Shown here one piece after another: positions 16,361-26,398 of a stretch of DNA of 64,000 nucleotides (the stretch's first letter is position 1; each line of letters starts with the position of its first letter). Below the pieces are notes generated by a model. The model ran no database searches, was not told where the DNA came from, and saw nothing but the letters and a program-made list of their open reading frames with translations. The DNA is taken from the IMG/VR virus record IMGVR_UViG_3300002334_000292; one strand, 5' to 3'. The stretch is from a virus. A program made the position numbers and the translations under genes.

Positions 16361-16481
16361 GCTGCACGCAGAAACACGGCGAGCCGCAAAAAGCCGTCAA
16401 GCAGAAAAATTTCTTCTTCCGCGCTGCGCGCCGAGAGCTCGCCAAGCAAGCAAGCATGAAATCTTTTTTCTTTCTTTCAGC

Positions 16482-16781
16482 TCAAGCCGGATTACTCCTC
16501 AACTCATCCTCTATCACTGCTGAGCTATCCAGTGCAGCCGTACAGCATTGACCCAAAACAAACTCAAAATTCTCCTGATCGAAATGCCTTGAAGCGTCCT
16601 GAATATAATTTGATCTGTCAAATAATTCCTTGGCGATTTCTTGCTGCTTTAATCTGTACCCATAGAGTGGCATCACTTTTCTATTTTTGACATGCCACAG
16701 CTTTTTCCACCAGTGCTGTTTCTTTGCGTCGATGGTTTGCATTCGATCATATTCTTCAATTGATTTACCTAAGATTTGCAT
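16482..16781 (-). CDS. hypothetical protein (99 aa)
   Basis: ORF. Confidence 0.5.
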   Translation of the reverse strand: MQILGKSIEEYDRMQTIDAKKQHWWKKLWHVKNRKVMPLYGYRLKQQEIAKELFDRSNYIQDASRHFDQENFEFVLGQCCTAALDSSAVIEDELRSNPA

Positions 16782-17204
16782 GAATTTTAAATAGCATATA
16801 TGCCCCCTGGGAGCAAGCGTGAACCGATTCCTAATTCTGGTTTTCGATCAATAGACCCACCCCATGTTTGAAACTCGCAGGGTCCCTACTGCCTCCTAAA
16901 ATGTGTGGTGTGGGCATAACACACATGTGTTTTGAGTTCTCATTTGTATTTAACCGTTTTGTTAAGGAGTTCTAAGAAAATGTGCAAACTCTTAGATCAA
17001 AAATAAAGACAAGCAAAATCAGTAACTTAGAGGATTAGTTCTAAGAAAATGACAGTGCTTGTTCTAAGGAAATCACGGGATTTTGTGTGGTATGTCAGTT
17101 ACCACAGAGATATACAATTGGATTTGTGGTTAATTTTCATGTCAAGTAAAATCGTTTGTTAAGGTTAATAGTAGATTTTCGCCGGGGAAAAAATCGTTTG
17201 TTAA

Positions 17205-17229
17205 CCCTACTAATTAAGGTTAACAAACA
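17205..17229. promoter_or_regulatory. Third copy of the palindromic operator (GTTAACCCTA-N5-TAAGGTTAAC, one mismatch)
   Basis: Seen in sequence, just downstream of the terminase large gene. Confidence 0.45.
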
Positions 17230-17243
17230 CGAAAATCTCGCTG

Positions 17244-18974
17244 CTATTTAGAGGCGTCGAGGATCGCTTGTGCTACGGGATGGAGCTCTTTTCCCTCTCT
17301 CTTGGCCAGGATATCTTCTCCAATTCTCTTGATGATATCTTTTTTTACCCCAGATGTGTCAGCGCCTCCGCGCTTCATTTTCTTGGTGGTGCCAGAAATC
17401 TTAACCTTAACATGATTTAGGTATTGACTTGTCATGTCTACTGAGTCGTCATTTTTCCCGAAAGGAAATGAAACAAGTTCTAATTCATAGTCAGGTAACC
17501 ACTCAGCACGCACCGGTAGGTTCACTAACCCTCCCTCAATCATTGGGGTGGCACCATCCATACGGAACTCTTTGGAGTTGTTGTTGGTACTGATTGCAAT
17601 CACTGGATGTGGTCCTTGACCCTTGCCTTGTGTCTGAATGTATTGGGTCCCTGATCCTTTGTCTTCCACCAACACAGCATCAACATTCCATGCCGTACCA
17701 ACAGTGTTTATTGTTTTGACAAGCTCATTGAATTCTAATTTTTCTCTCTTGATGTAGGCGAGGTAATGCTGTCCATCCTTGGTCTCAATCCACACACCAA
17801 TTGATGTGAAATCCGCACGCTCATTTTTCTTGTTGGCTGTATCTACTGACAGCAATATTTTCTTCCATTCTCTTCTATCTGGCAATCTTTCGTATCGACC
17901 GAACCAAGAAAGATTTATCACGTTGCCTTCTTCATCCACAGGGTTGCCCATGTACAGAGAATTCCAATCTCGTGATTCGAGAGTAGCTTTCAAGTTCATC
18001 AAAATTTCGTATGTGTAGAAATCAGGCCATAGCGGTTCGTTCAATTTCCTTCCCATTGGATCATTTTCTTCATCGATACATATTGCTGGCACGTTGATGA
18101 TATTCCAAGGAAGGCCTCTACCCTCTTTATTCATATCTTCAATACGTGCTGCAAGATCATCATTGTTCCACCGCGTCATAATCAAAAATAGCGGAGCATG
18201 TGGGAGTAGTCTGGTTGTGAAATCAGCAGAGAACCAGTCCCATACTTCTTGACGTGTTGTAGGGCTCTCTGCATCTTTTCTCAATGCGAATGGATCATCA
18301 ATACCGGCACAACTAGCACGGAAGCCAGCGATGCCCACGCCCACGCCTTTTGTATAATATTTAGCACCGGTTGTGACCGCCCATGTTCCAGCAGCTTTGG
18401 TATCTTTTGTCAGTTCGACATCTGGAAATACATCTCTGTACCTTTGACTATCCACCATCGCTCTGGTTGGTTTACCAAATTCGCTTTCGCAGAATGCCTG
18501 GGTGTGTCCCCCTTGAAGATATTTATGTCTTGGGTTTCTTCCTATATACCACGATGGAAAGCGCCGTGATCCGTACTCTGACTTTGCATGTCCCGGAGCC
18601 ATGGAAATTGACATTCTCATGAAGCCTTCTTCCCGGCGCTCCATCTTCATAAGCTGTTCACATAGCCAGACGTGGTGGTCGGCTGGTGGTTCATCCGGTA
18701 CCATATATTCAGCATAGGCAGTGAGATCGTTTGGTGCCAGCAATTTTAGATGGTCCATGTAGCCTTTCTCAGTTGTGGCATGCATTTGTTCGAGAGCTTT
18801 CAACTGCCCTGTAACAGAAGACGTACCCAGGAGTGTAGTTAACTTTTCTGTTAAGTACGCATCTGGTTTCAATTTTTTGTAGAGACAATCTTCAAGGTGA
18901 TCTTTTTGATCTGCGAGCGTTTTGATCGCGCCTCGAATGATCTTTCTCTGATCATGGGGAAGTGGTTGTACCAT
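17244..18974 (-). CDS. terminase large subunit
   Basis: Walker-A-like APGHAKSE, IMTRWNNDDLA ATPase coupling motif, C-terminal RNaseH-like nuclease aspartates (SVDTANKK...VLVEDKGSG). Confidence 0.75.
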   Translation of the reverse strand: MVQPLPHDQRKIIRGAIKTLADQKDHLEDCLYKKLKPDAYLTEKLTTLLGTSSVTGQLKALEQMHATTEKGYMDHLKLLAPNDLTAYAEYMVPDEPPADHHVWLCEQLMKMERREEGFMRMSISMAPGHAKSEYGSRRFPSWYIGRNPRHKYLQGGHTQAFCESEFGKPTRAMVDSQRYRDVFPDVELTKDTKAAGTWAVTTGAKYYTKGVGVGIAGFRASCAGIDDPFALRKDAESPTTRQEVWDWFSADFTTRLLPHAPLFLIMTRWNNDDLAARIEDMNKEGRGLPWNIINVPAICIDEENDPMGRKLNEPLWPDFYTYEILMNLKATLESRDWNSLYMGNPVDEEGNVINLSWFGRYERLPDRREWKKILLSVDTANKKNERADFTSIGVWIETKDGQHYLAYIKREKLEFNELVKTINTVGTAWNVDAVLVEDKGSGTQYIQTQGKGQGPHPVIAISTNNNSKEFRMDGATPMIEGGLVNLPVRAEWLPDYELELVSFPFGKNDDSVDMTSQYLNHVKVKISGTTKKMKRGGADTSGVKKDIIKRIGEDILAKREGKELHPVAQAILDASK

Positions 18975-19573
18975 TATTCAGTTGCATCTTTCAAATCTGC
19001 ATCCTCAGTAAAACCAATGTCGTCTGCAGCTACGATGTTTACTTTTGGTTTCTGACTCATCTCTCTCGCGAAATCTAATATCATTCCAATGGATGTGGTA
19101 TCTGGTAGTTTGTTGTCGTTTCGTCTTCCATCAGGGTCCCGAGTTGTTCCTTCTTCCAGCACAGCCCAGAGCATAGCAATCGCTTTGTTCGATGCAGATA
19201 TCTGTCCAACTTCTTGAGCCAGCACAACGTTGTGCATCAGGTGGGCGAGAAGATATGTTTTTGTGATTTTGAGTTCTTGGATCGCTGTGATTGTATCCAC
19301 GTCACCAATTTCATTCGCTTGGTGCATGATCAGAGCATGGCGGTTCTGTGCCATTGACTTTTGCAACCACACTATGCGCTGTTTTACTTCTGGATAATTT
19401 GCTGTACGAGATGCCCCTGAACCTGTCTGTGAAAATCCGGCACCGATGTATGCTGGAGCCTGCTCCATACCCACAGATAAATTCTGCGCATACATTTCGT
19501 GGCGTGCGTTCGCTAATGGTACCTCTGGTAAAGGGAGTTGTTTCGGTCTATTTGGTGTTTTAGCATTACTCAT
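18974..19573 (-). CDS. putative terminase small subunit (by position only)
   Basis: 199-aa ORF directly upstream of, and overlapping (ATGA), the terminase large gene. Confidence 0.35.
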   Translation of the reverse strand: MSNAKTPNRPKQLPLPEVPLANARHEMYAQNLSVGMEQAPAYIGAGFSQTGSGASRTANYPEVKQRIVWLQKSMAQNRHALIMHQANEIGDVDTITAIQELKITKTYLLAHLMHNVVLAQEVGQISASNKAIAMLWAVLEEGTTRDPDGRRNDNKLPDTTSIGMILDFAREMSQKPKVNIVAADDIGFTEDADLKDATE

Positions 19574-19650
19574 GAGATATCCAGTGCCGGGTTGTTACCG
19601 ATGGATTATCGCAAAATTAACCATGTTTGTAAAGATTTTGTTGGAATGGC

Positions 19651-20184
19651 TCAGCTCTCAAAGCGTTTTAAAGGCCCTCTAAGCCGTATTCCATGTGATA
19701 AGAGACCAAAGAGCGCGATCATAGCCGCTTCCGCCCTACCATCATCTTTTACCCGTTTGAACGTCTCTTCAAAGTCAGGGAAGAGCTTCATTGCTAGATT
19801 TCGGGCCCCTGTCTTACTCGCTGGGCATCCCATCTTCGACTTCCATGACTGTGGGCGCGTTCTAAAGAGTTCGACATCTGACGCCATCATCACCCCCCGC
19901 ACCAATCCGTACCGGTCGCCAAAATTGAATGCGCCTACGTGTCCATCATGTGGCATCGACCAGACATCCTCAATGTAAGCAACGACATCGCCTTCTGGAG
20001 GGAGCATATTATAGATCGCTCGACCATCCACTTCATTTCTCTTCTTTGACTTTCCTACCGGGATCATGGGCATGTCATGAATATCCATCACTAATGTATT
20101 TGGATTGATGAACGCCAGCGCACCGTGTGCTCCCGGATCGATACCAATGAATGTGGGTTTTGTTTCCATGTTGTAGTTAACCAT
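19651..20184 (-). CDS. RuvC-like Holliday junction resolvase
   Basis: N-terminal FIGIDPGAHGALAF matches the RuvC/YqgF fold signature. Confidence 0.6.
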   Translation of the reverse strand: MVNYNMETKPTFIGIDPGAHGALAFINPNTLVMDIHDMPMIPVGKSKKRNEVDGRAIYNMLPPEGDVVAYIEDVWSMPHDGHVGAFNFGDRYGLVRGVMMASDVELFRTRPQSWKSKMGCPASKTGARNLAMKLFPDFEETFKRVKDDGRAEAAMIALFGLLSHGIRLRGPLKRFES

Positions 20185-20199
20185 GATGAGGGAAATAAA

Positions 20200-20880
20200 G
20201 CAACAATTTACTCAGAATCATATTTGACACAGATAAATGGCTGAAAACTCCCATTTCGAAAGAGTTGTGTCAATTATCAGTGCCGTGTGTCAAGAAAAAA
20301 CACGATTTCTAACACGATTTTCTGAGAAATTTATCAAGGGGATCGGGAGAAAACTCCCCTTTCTTATACCTTTTTTAATTTATATATAAAGAATACATAA
20401 TAATGATGGTAATGTACTACATTGCTATTAGGGAATAATATTATTTAAGACAAACGTAGACAGACAAGTAAATAAAATTACTCTCTATATAGGCGTTTTG
20501 GGTCGATATTTGATTATTTGGTTTTTAACGCCCTCTTTGGGGCTCAGTAAGGTTTCTTCTCTCAAATAAGGCTGAATATCTGACACAAATCTGTGTTTTT
20601 CGATGTACGCCTTGTTTATTTCAGGCACATAATGCTCTAAGCAGTGCCTAAAACCTCAATCGGAGAGCAATCGCTCAATCCAGGAGAAGAGGACAAATCA
20701 CAACACATTAGGGTTGCTTAACGGATTCGTCCTAACAATCAGCCTGACACATAGACAGCCCCTCGTCAAGGATTATTTACGAACGGCTCAAAGAAAAATT
20801 AACCATAACAATCATTTCAGTTTTACATCCACTCAAACCAATGTTACATGAGATGCAATGACTGTTTACAAAAGGCTACA
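20200..20880. promoter_or_regulatory. AT-rich divergent intergenic region at the minus-to-plus strand switch
   Basis: No ORFs; AT-rich; divergent gene starts at 20184 (-) and 20884 (+). Confidence 0.5.
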
Positions 20881-20883
20881 AAT

Positions 20884-21420
20884 ATGACTGACAAAGAGAT
20901 AATTGACCAGCTAATCAAAGAGTATCTCAGCATCGTTTCTGCTTACGATCAGGTTGCGTTGGTTAAACCCGAACTCTTATATATGCCACAACACGGCCCA
21001 CAACACCTGAAAGATTCATTACAATTGGTTCAGGGAAAGAATGATTTGGAGACCGTGCTCAAGCGCTATAATAGATCAGTCACTCAATTAAACAAGCGTC
21101 TTCATTCAGCCAATAAACCGCGCAGCAGTCACGTTGCGTTCATAGACATTGTTTCATTGCGTAAACATTATGATGGCACCAACCGATACAACCTCTCGAA
21201 CAACTCTTATGTGGACACTGTAATTTCTGCGATCCAAAAACACATCCCGGCACCGAAACTAAAAGCTTTCGACAATCTCGTGGAGCAAGCGCGCATTGGT
21301 GAGTACATGCAGCAGCGCGTTCCCAACGGCACACTCAAAGATTTTGACCTGCTGATTACCAACGCCGAGGAATGGCGAAAACACACGATCCGTGAAAAAC
21401 ACAAAGCGAGCAAAGCATGA
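20884..21420 (+). CDS. hypothetical protein (start at MTDKEII, AAAGG RBS)
   Basis: ORF. Confidence 0.5.
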   Translation: MTDKEIIDQLIKEYLSIVSAYDQVALVKPELLYMPQHGPQHLKDSLQLVQGKNDLETVLKRYNRSVTQLNKRLHSANKPRSSHVAFIDIVSLRKHYDGTNRYNLSNNSYVDTVISAIQKHIPAPKLKAFDNLVEQARIGEYMQQRVPNGTLKDFDLLITNAEEWRKHTIREKHKASKA

Positions 21421-21713
21421 AAGTCCTAAAGAAACCACTCCCCTTCCAAGTCGAAGTGCACTGCACTGGCAAAGGTAACGAGAAATCAGGTTGTGGCGCG
21501 CTACTGCTCGTCGACCGGGATGATCTGCGTTATTTCTCACCACGAGAGACCACGTTTCATATTCCCTCTGAACAAGTGGTTGTAGGTTGTCCTGAATGTG
21601 GACACTCAACCGATCTGGAGCCAGCCCAATACCCGCACCGCCATACATCTCTTACTCCATGGTCAAGGCAATGGCGAGAAAACAATCGAAACTTTGCAAA
21701 AGGATCAGAATAA
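21417..21713 (+). CDS. small Cys-containing (zinc-ribbon-like) hypothetical protein
   Basis: ATGA overlap with the upstream gene; CxxxxxxC...CxxC. Confidence 0.45.
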   Translation: MKVLKKPLPFQVEVHCTGKGNEKSGCGALLLVDRDDLRYFSPRETTFHIPSEQVVVGCPECGHSTDLEPAQYPHRHTSLTPWSRQWRENNRNFAKGSE

Positions 21714-21916
21714 TGTTCATCGTATGGAACGCAAATAAAACCGAAGGCTTTGTCACCGACGACCGCACCGATGCTAATGAAGCAATGACTGGCGAACACG
21801 GCGTTATGGGTTGCCCACTTGCCGAGCGGTTCTACGAATTGTATGGCGAAGGCGGCGAATGCATAAAACAATTCATCCCAGAATTGGAAAACCTAAAAGA
21901 CATCAACAAATCATAA
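21714..21916 (+). CDS. small hypothetical protein
   Basis: TAATG overlap with the upstream gene. Confidence 0.4.
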
Positions 21917-21932
21917 ACACAGGAATAAAAAT

Positions 21933-22928
21933 ATGACAACATACATCCAATGTGAATGTGGTAACGAGAACGATCCGACGATGGAATCTGAATGTGGGTA
22001 TTGCGGCGAGCCGGTAGGTCCTGCAAACAAAGTCTACGTTGCAAAGAAATTCAACAAAGACCACCAGCACATCATCAGCCGGGCAAACGTATTCATCGAA
22101 GAGTATCGCAAGCAGGGTTACAAATTGTCTCTGCGCCAGCTGTATTACCGCTTCATTGCGAAAGCTTGGTTGCCAAACACTGAGCAATCATACAAACGCC
22201 TTGGCAGCATCATTACGGACGCGCGCCTTGCAGGTGAAATTCCGTTCGACCGTATCGAAGATCGTGGACGCAAATGTAAATTACCATACAACAATGACGA
22301 GCCAGCCAGTGTTCTCGATGGTATTGAATATGCCTATTCCGAAGATCGCTGGGCAACTCAAGACACCTACGTGGAAGTCTGGGTTGAGAAAGATGCTCTG
22401 TCAAATGTGATCGAGCGACCATGCAACACTTGGGATGTTCCGTACATGGCCTGTAAAGGATACATGTCTGCCTCTGCGCAGTGGGACGCTGGCAACCGAT
22501 TTAAAGCTGCCGAAGCAGAAGGCAAGCGTACCGTCTTGATTCACCTTGGCGATCACGATCCATCTGGCATCGACATGACAAGAGACAACCAAGTGCGCGT
22601 CTCCATGTTTTCCGAATGTGAGGTTGAAATCCGCCGCATCGCCATGAACATGGATCAGATTGAGAAGTACAGTCCGCCACCCAACCCAACAAAAGTAACC
22701 GATAGTCGTGCGAAAGCCTACATGCGAGAATTTGGTGATACCTCTTGGGAACTCGACGCACTGACTCCATCCGTCATTAGCGATCTGATCTCATCTGAAA
22801 TCAAAAGCTTCATCGACTTCGAAGCATGGAATGCAGCCGGTGAGATTGAGCGTGAGAACCGTGAGATGCTTGCCAAGATCAGCGACAACGCACAGGCTGT
22901 GTTGGATTTCGTATCTGAAAACTTCTAA
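21933..22928 (+). CDS. Zinc-ribbon + Toprim protein with Spo11/TopoVI-A-type motifs (putative DNA-cleaving enzyme)
   Basis: N-terminal CxC-x11-CxxC; RQLYYRF (candidate 5Y-CAP catalytic Tyr); Toprim VEKDA and GDHDPSGIDM (type IIB style, not DnaG EGxxD/DxDxAG). Confidence 0.5.
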   Translation: MTTYIQCECGNENDPTMESECGYCGEPVGPANKVYVAKKFNKDHQHIISRANVFIEEYRKQGYKLSLRQLYYRFIAKAWLPNTEQSYKRLGSIITDARLAGEIPFDRIEDRGRKCKLPYNNDEPASVLDGIEYAYSEDRWATQDTYVEVWVEKDALSNVIERPCNTWDVPYMACKGYMSASAQWDAGNRFKAAEAEGKRTVLIHLGDHDPSGIDMTRDNQVRVSMFSECEVEIRRIAMNMDQIEKYSPPPNPTKVTDSRAKAYMREFGDTSWELDALTPSVISDLISSEIKSFIDFEAWNAAGEIERENREMLAKISDNAQAVLDFVSENF

Positions 22929-22947
22929 ACAAACGACAGGAAACAAT

Positions 22948-23568
22948 ATGACTCACTCACTCACTCATCTCGTACTCACCATTCCATATAAGGAAGTGCA
23001 TAAAGAAGCCACCAAGGAAAGCAAAATGCGCGCGGCAATCTCCCGGGCGTTCGGGGAAACAATTGGACGCTGCAATTGGAAACGAGATTTGGTTTTCACA
23101 ATCACGCCGGAGCAGTACACCCACTTCCTGATGTTGATGAACGACATCTATGATTTAATTCCCAAGTGGCTCGTCCAGGTGCGTAACAGAGATGACATGC
23201 CAAGGCAAAGAAAAATCTGCAATGCGACCAAATATAGAAATAAAGGTATTAGGGGTTGCAGTAGCCGATCAACGCCATCCTATCTGTCATTCTTATTGCG
23301 AGCGCCAGCACAAAACTTCAATGGCACCGAGGCACATCATGCGCCGATAATGATTAATATGGTTAAGAATGTATTCAAAATTGACATTGAAGAAGAGCAA
23401 AACGATATCGTAATTCACTGCCGACCGGATCAGTTTGCCGCATATCTGCTTGCTCGCAAAGATGAGGCTTTTGTCGATAAGATCATAAATATGCAACTCG
23501 AAGAAATTACCTCCGAGCAGCTGAATGGAACAATGCAATTCGATTGCACCCAGAAAGATGTACAATGA
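22948..23568 (+). CDS. hypothetical protein
   Basis: ORF with AGGAAA RBS. Confidence 0.5.
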   Translation: MTHSLTHLVLTIPYKEVHKEATKESKMRAAISRAFGETIGRCNWKRDLVFTITPEQYTHFLMLMNDIYDLIPKWLVQVRNRDDMPRQRKICNATKYRNKGIRGCSSRSTPSYLSFLLRAPAQNFNGTEAHHAPIMINMVKNVFKIDIEEEQNDIVIHCRPDQFAAYLLARKDEAFVDKIINMQLEEITSEQLNGTMQFDCTQKDVQ

Positions 23569-23996
23569 TCAAGAAACTCAGAGCAAAGGTAGACGCCTTG
23601 GAATATGAGTTGTCACAGGCAATCGGCGTAGAAATGATCGACAACATACGCGCTCAGCTGAATGAAGCCAAGCATGAACGCGATCATTATGAAGATGCGC
23701 TGGACGTAGAGGTTGAAAAAGACTGCTCGACGGCATCAGACATCTTGGATAAAGTACAAGAAGACAGCCGGAATTCAATGTACACTCAAGCTAATCGCCG
23801 CGATCTTTTGATCGAGTATATCGCCAATGCTTTAGGCGCTGTTAGAGAAGAAACAGTTGCCGCCATGGATGATATGCATGACCTGCAACCCTTCATGACA
23901 GAAGCTCAAAAAATTGCTGACCTTGACATAGGTAACATGTCTGTGCGAGATATAGCATCGAAACTCAAAGCGGCACACGCTAAGGAAAAAGCATGA
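23565..23996 (+). CDS. coiled-coil hypothetical protein
   Basis: ATGA overlap. Confidence 0.45.
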   Translation: MIKKLRAKVDALEYELSQAIGVEMIDNIRAQLNEAKHERDHYEDALDVEVEKDCSTASDILDKVQEDSRNSMYTQANRRDLLIEYIANALGAVREETVAAMDDMHDLQPFMTEAQKIADLDIGNMSVRDIASKLKAAHAKEKA

Positions 23997-24859
23997 CCAC
24001 AACAGAATATGAAAATTTAAAATCTCAGGTACACGATGGGCTATCCAATGTTGAGCATAAGATAAAAGGCAACGCGCCGTACAAAGAGAAGCTTGACGCA
24101 GCTACAAAATTGGTAGCCGCCCGGCAAGCGCTGGAGACATACAAAAAATGTGCCCCGCCGATGCACGAAGACGCTGCTGCTTTTGAAAGATTAGCTACCG
24201 AAGATGTAGATCGCAAAGCTGATAAGATTGTCGCGCGCCGAGCAAAATTCGCCCGGGATATTGACTCGGTTGCTCTACCCAGCTTGAAAAATTTTGACAG
24301 CATTGCAAGTCTCCTTGGCATTAAAGATTCGAACTATACCAGCGAGACCGGCAACGCCCTGCATACGTCAATCAACTTCATGATGATCTGCAAATACATT
24401 GCTGTGATGGAAGAAAACTATGACGCATTGCTTGATCAGCAATCATCGCACAACCGCGAGCATTATCTCCCGGATCGTGAGCCCAATGATTTTGAGGTTA
24501 TTCAAAAAGAGATGGCTGAAACATTCAATCCCATGGTCAAATTTCAGGCAGTCGAGGAAAGTAAAAGCATCACACAACGCTGCAAAGAAACACTCGACAT
24601 ACACCGCAAAGAAGATTGGTCTGTCTATCTAAAACAGGCGCGACTGATCTCATATCTGCAGATCACCGATGTATCTGTAAACGGGATTGCCAAGCGACTC
24701 AAATACCTGGCTGAGCAGAGAGACGATCTCACTACCGGAGTCGTGCCACCAGCAAAAGTGACTGAATCCAGCGGCACCACGCACATCATCACAGAGACGG
24801 TGGACAAGAATACGATCATCATGAATGGACGTAAAACGGATGGAGGATCATCGATATGA
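23993..24859 (+). CDS. hypothetical protein (288 aa)
   Basis: ATGA overlap. Confidence 0.55.
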   Translation: MTTTEYENLKSQVHDGLSNVEHKIKGNAPYKEKLDAATKLVAARQALETYKKCAPPMHEDAAAFERLATEDVDRKADKIVARRAKFARDIDSVALPSLKNFDSIASLLGIKDSNYTSETGNALHTSINFMMICKYIAVMEENYDALLDQQSSHNREHYLPDREPNDFEVIQKEMAETFNPMVKFQAVEESKSITQRCKETLDIHRKEDWSVYLKQARLISYLQITDVSVNGIAKRLKYLAEQRDDLTTGVVPPAKVTESSGTTHIITETVDKNTIIMNGRKTDGGSSI

Positions 24860-25218
24860 TTCAATTCCTAAAACGCATCCGAGCAGTGGGTAACCCATTC
24901 CGAAATCCATTCCGCAACTGGCGTGAGATCACACTACGCCAAGTTTGGCGCTTCGTCTGGTTCTGGGCTAAAGCATTAGCCATTGGAGCAGTCGTCATGT
25001 GGCTATGGAGCGTGTTTGAGGAAAGTATCGAACAACAGAAAGCGCGCGAACGTGCCGGACCTCAAGTTGGGCAGATATTGATCATCAAACCGTTCAATGA
25101 ACTGGGCAGAGTGGAAAGAATTGAATGCTCTGTGAGGCCCTGCCTCTATTACATCTTGATGAAAGGTGGAGTGGAGCGCGCAATTACCGGGGACGAAATA
25201 ATCAGAAACGCAGGTTGA
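24856..25218 (+). CDS. membrane protein, paralog A (TM helix plus IIKPFNELGRVE motif)
   Basis: Shares the KPFNELG(R/V)VE motif and architecture with the next gene. Confidence 0.5.
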   Translation: MIQFLKRIRAVGNPFRNPFRNWREITLRQVWRFVWFWAKALAIGAVVMWLWSVFEESIEQQKARERAGPQVGQILIIKPFNELGRVERIECSVRPCLYYILMKGGVERAITGDEIIRNAG

Positions 25219-25224
25219 GAATCA

Positions 25225-25512
25225 ATGACTTCGAAGGTAAAAATAATTTTGTGCATTATTGCATTGGTCGGTGGTCTCGTTATTTTCAACATACGCCAGA
25301 CCGAACTAGCATTGGAAGCTTCGGTGCCATATCGCATGGGTGACATGATAGAATACAAACCGTTCAATGAACTGGGCGTGGTCGAAGATGTATGGTGTGC
25401 AGTTAGCACTGAGCGTTGCTTTCTTAAATTAACCATACGAGAAGGTAGACAGGTGACAATCGCCGTTGAGAATGTTACTAAAACAATAATAAAAATTGGA
25501 GACCGCAAATGA
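25225..25512 (+). CDS. membrane protein, paralog B (TM helix plus EYKPFNELGVVE motif)
   Basis: Tandem paralog of 24856-25218. Confidence 0.5.
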   Translation: MTSKVKIILCIIALVGGLVIFNIRQTELALEASVPYRMGDMIEYKPFNELGVVEDVWCAVSTERCFLKLTIREGRQVTIAVENVTKTIIKIGDRK

Positions 25513-25751
25513 TTCCTGCCAGAGCTGCAGAAATAGCTGATGCTGTGCGAGGCACATGCAAAGCCCTGTATCAAGTTGAAAGCAAAGACTTTGATGATGC
25601 CGGGGAAGAGCTGATGCAAGTGAAAGGCTTACCTGAGGCATTCGACGCCTTGGTGATGTGCTGCGAGGAATGCGAGTGGTGGGTGGACACCCATGAAATC
25701 TCCGACCGGCAATTCTGCCATGAGTGCGAAGACAATTCAGATACGGAGTAA
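25509..25751 (+). CDS. small acidic Cys-rich (putative Zn-binding) protein
   Basis: CCEECEWW...CHECE. Confidence 0.45.
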   Translation: MIPARAAEIADAVRGTCKALYQVESKDFDDAGEELMQVKGLPEAFDALVMCCEECEWWVDTHEISDRQFCHECEDNSDTE

Positions 25752-25754
25752 GAA

Positions 25755-26113
25755 TGACCAAGCAAATCATGACCGACGACGAAATTGAATCCAGAGTGAC
25801 ATCAATTGTTTCCACCCCATATGGTGAGAACTCACTCAAAGGCGCACAGATTTTGACCATCCGCAAAGTGGCAACAAATATTCTGGTGCATCAGCGCAAC
25901 GCCTATCAGGATTACATCTCTGATCTGGAGCGCCGGTTAAAGCAAGCAGAAGATAGGGCCGATGTATATCAAGATGCCTACAGAAGACTCCCACCAAATA
26001 CAAAAGGGTTGTCGTATTATCTCCTGCTATATTTGACGATCTGCGCTGCAATGTTTGTGGCGTTCATTTCTTTCGTACCATATAGAACATTTATGGATTG
26101 GATTACAGTATAA
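25755..26113 (+). CDS. hypothetical protein with C-terminal TM segment
   Basis: ORF with GGAG RBS. Confidence 0.45.
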
Positions 26114-26179
26114 GAGGCAATTCACCACGCCAAACTTAGTAAAACAATACAATCATTTCGACGTTTATTAGGAGTCAAC

Positions 26180-26398
26180 ATGAAGCTACCAAAAACAGAA
26201 AACCTGATAAACAACTTTCTGAATGTGTTTATCGTTGTGGGCTCGCTCATAGCCGGTGGTATCTGGTGGGCTGTGATCGACCAGAAAAATGCCGAGCGCC
26301 AAGCAAATTATGATGCTCAGCTTATGCAGAATGCCGAGCGCTCAATGAACATTTACATTGACGCCTTAGGCAAAGGAGAATCCAATGGGAATGATTGA
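26180..26398 (+). CDS. small membrane protein
   Basis: ORF. Confidence 0.4.
   Translation: MKLPKTENLINNFLNVFIVVGSLIAGGIWWAVIDQKNAERQANYDAQLMQNAERSMNIYIDALGKGESNGND

Noticed and set aside
19538-19978. Track ORF (+) of 146 aa
   Set aside because: Overlaps the RuvC-like gene on the opposite strand and spans the intergenic region with no RBS.
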